The notes beneath the pieces are model-generated. The model was not told where the DNA came from and did not search any database. It saw nothing but the letters and a program-made list of their open reading frames with translations. Source: an uncultured delta proteobacterium (GTDB lineage: Bacteria; Myxococcota; Kuafuiibacteriia; Kuafuiibacteriales; Kuafuiibacteriaceae). Taken from it: DNA of 64,000 bases. The stretch's first letter is position 1. Each line of letters starts with the position of its first letter. The stretch covers positions 2,208,001 through 2,272,000 of the forward strand of contig CAWDML010000001.1 in NCBI GenBank assembly GCA_963803435.1. Reading direction: 5' to 3'. Positions 61,274 through 64,000 of this stretch are shown here, in pieces. A program made the translations under genes and the position numbers.

Positions 61274-64000
61274 TCAGCTGCGCGGCGCGCCGGCGTCGAT
61301 CCAGCGCTTGATGATCTCGAGATCGCGGGCGGACAGCTTGTCCATCTTGAGCGGCATGCGCCGAACCTTTTCGTGCGGATTGTCCTGGGTCAACACGCGG
61401 TAGAGGAACGATCCCTCAGAGCTCCCCGGGATGACGAGCGTCTCGCCGGGCACCAGCTCCGACGTCGCCCCGATCAGGTTCGCCAGCGGATCCTGCGCGG
61501 CATGCTTCTTCTCGCCGACGGCCGGATCGTCCCATTGCGGATACTGATCGTAGCCGAGGACCAGGCGGCCATGACGGAGCACGTCGCTGTGACAGGGCAG
61601 GCAGTTGTCCTTCACGATGAAGCGGACGTCCTGATCCCAGGTCGGCCGCTCGGGCAGCATCGCGGCGTTCTGCTCGGCGTTCTTCGCCACGAACGTCACC
61701 CCTTCGTCGAGCATGACGCGATCCACGTTGTCGATGTTGCCCGCGCGCGGCCAGCGGGCGCTGTCCTCCGGACCCTCGACGATCAGCGGTCCGTTCGGGA
61801 ACAGCTCGTCCGCCTTCCCGATCGCCTGCGCGTGATCGTAGGCCTGGTGCGAGACGCGGGACATCAGACGGAGGAACTCCGGTGGGAAGTGGCGATACCA
61901 GACCTTGACCGCGACGCGGATCGGGCCGACCAGGTTCGCCGTGTCGACACGGACGTCCCAGTAGTGGCGCTGGGGCTGGTAGAAGCGGAGCGACCGGTTG
62001 TTCGGCATGTGGTTCGCGTTGAGCGGCACGAACGTGAAGGCCTCCAGGGCCGTCGTCCCGTTCGGCATGCCCAGATAGGAGAGCAGGTCGGTGAACTCGG
62101 CGCGCTCGCCGGGGAAGTGGAAGACCTCCTTGGTGTCGTCCACGTACGGGAGCGTCGGGTAGGTCATGATCCACGGGACCTGCGCTTTGGAGTCGGACAG
62201 GCTGGCCGGGATCTCCTCGGGGCCCTCGCAGGAGGCGTCGCCGGGGAGCGGGCAGCCGCAGATCCGGTAGAAGATGTTCGTCGCGTAGACGAGCCCGAAC
62301 CGATCGCCGGGATGGAGCTGGTTGCCGTCGAGGCGCGGCAAGAGCGGTTTGTACTCGGGGAACGGGTAGAGGATCTCTTCTCGTTCGTCCGGCGTGTTCG
62401 TGACCGAGTACTTGAGCGGCGGCAGCGCGTTCAGCGGCATGATCTCGCGCGTGCCGGTCACCGGATCGAACACGGTCACGCGCCCGTTCATGGTGCTCGG
62501 GTTCCAGTCGCGCCCGCTCAGCTCACAGGAGTACGGGTCGTTGCCGGGGATGTGGGCCTGATCCAGGCGATTCACCTTGGCGAAGTCGACCTGGGCGGGG
62601 TCCGCCGGGTCGAGCCCGAGATCCAGCACGTGCCAGGAGAGGAGGAACCGGCCGTCCTCGAGCTGCGGCAGCGTGTTCCCGATCCGGTGGAGGAAGATGT
62701 CCTCGTCCGCGGTGCGGCCGTCGGCGAGATGCTCGTTGGTCTCGTCGTGCGGCTTGTCCATCAGATGCCCGGAGATGCCGCGGCAGATCTCCTCGTGGTT
62801 CCCTTCGCCGAAGAAGCGGTTCATCACGTCGTTCGCCTCGGGCGCGTCGTGGGGCTTGGGCGTCCAGCGCGGATAGCGGCCGTCGACCAGAATCCTCGTC
62901 GGTGTACAGGTCGTCGAGACCGCCGAGCGGGCAGTCGATCACCGGCTGTCCCGGCGCGCCCATGTCCTGGACCGTGAGCTCCGCCCACACCTGGCGCTCC
63001 TGCGAGAAGCCGGCGGAGACGTTGTGACCGCCGTTCACGTTCATCATCCAGACCTTGACCGGGAGGTTGCACATGCCCGCCTCGTCGCAGCAACTGCCAT
63101 CGCTGCAGTCGCGATCGGTCGGATCGAGGACGTCGGGCGTTCCGGCGAGCGACATGGTCACGGCGTGCGCGAGCTGCTGGCGGCGCCGCTGATCGAGCGA
63201 GACCGGGAGTGTGTAGTCGGGATCCTGCGCCGGCGCGTTGGCCTCCTTCTGCGAGGGGAGCGCCAGCTCGGCGGGGAGATCCTGGCCGTCGTAGCCGAGG
63301 AGGGTCGGATTCGGCGCGAGATAGCCGAGCCCGATGTCGACGCCGGTCATGTTGTGCGTGGTGACGCGCGGGCGATGGCGCACGCGGAGGTTGTTGCGCG
63401 TGGTGGGGACGCCGTCGGTCTCCGACAGCGCGATGACCGACCCGCAGACGCCGTTCGGCTCACAGTCGGCCTCGGAGGCCGTGTGCGCGCCCGGGAACGT
63501 CCCAGGTGGCGCGTACGGGAACAGCGACATGTGGCAGTCCTGACAGACGATGCGCCGCGGATTGCCGTCCTTGTCCAGGTACGGGTTGTCGCGCGGATCG
63601 GCGTCCGGATGGAGGTTGAGCGGGCTCCGGAACCACTCGGTGTAGAGGTTCTCGAGGCGCGCGAAGGGCTCGTTGTGGATCGGCTCCACCTCGACCTGGG
63701 GCGTGTTGATGTTGTCGATCGGCAGACGCACGTCGTGGCAGGCGCCGCAGAACTGGCTGGTCTTGAGGTACGGGCGGATGTCGTCCGGCTGCCCGGGGAA
63801 GCTGACCTTGTATGACTGCGCCGCCTCGTCGGCGCCGTGCGAGACCTCGTGCGCGATGTTCTCCGCCACCTCGCCCCGCGGGAAGGGTCCGAAGCGGGTG
63901 GTGCCCTCGCGGTTGTACCGGATCGCGACGTTCGCGATGCCGCGCTCGAAGAAGTCCTCACCCTCCGGGTGCTGGCCGCGCGAGATGCGACGACAGCGCG
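61274..64000 (-). CDS. Large multiheme c-type cytochrome (start beyond window); frameshift at about 62865
   Basis: CGACH, CQDCH in ORF 62523..63869; CLPCH and IPG....S.LY..RMP..WIDAGA in ORF 61274..62827. Confidence 0.75.

Overview
High-GC (roughly 70% by eye) bacterial chromosomal window with a Myxococcota/Deltaproteobacteria-like gene set: MXAN_5187-type protein, MglA-type GTPase, PilT paralog, Tgl-like TPR lipoprotein, Cys-rich and vWA lipoproteins, PEGA, FHA and Ser/Thr kinase proteins. Housekeeping genes include archaeal-type aspS, parA, etfBA, rng, sppA, pepA, an ECF sigma/anti-sigma pair and a large multiheme cytochrome. About nine host genes carry single frameshifts, most likely long-read indel errors, which create false fusion ORFs in the track. 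The unusual content lies at three junctions between convergent genes. (1) 4330-6850: two IS5 relics, a four-helix-bundle (Avd/23S-IVP-like) gene relic, and a group II intron relic with a second group II intron nested at the RT position that normally follows YADD. (2) 38382-39888 and (3) 49241-49954: two differently deleted copies of an IS1182-family element with 32-bp hairpin-forming terminal inverted repeats, inverted (CCCGGT)n arrays and a four-helix-bundle passenger gene. A fourth possible four-helix-bundle relic flanked by short repeats lies at about 39980-40039. The best candidate for an undescribed system is this recurring repeat-flanked four-helix-bundle cassette associated with unrelated mobile elements. 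The second candidate is a GNAT-like/HEAT protein plus orphan MglA-coiled-coil signalling cluster. Family assignments come from motif recognition only; no database searches were run. No rRNA, tRNA or CRISPR array was seen.
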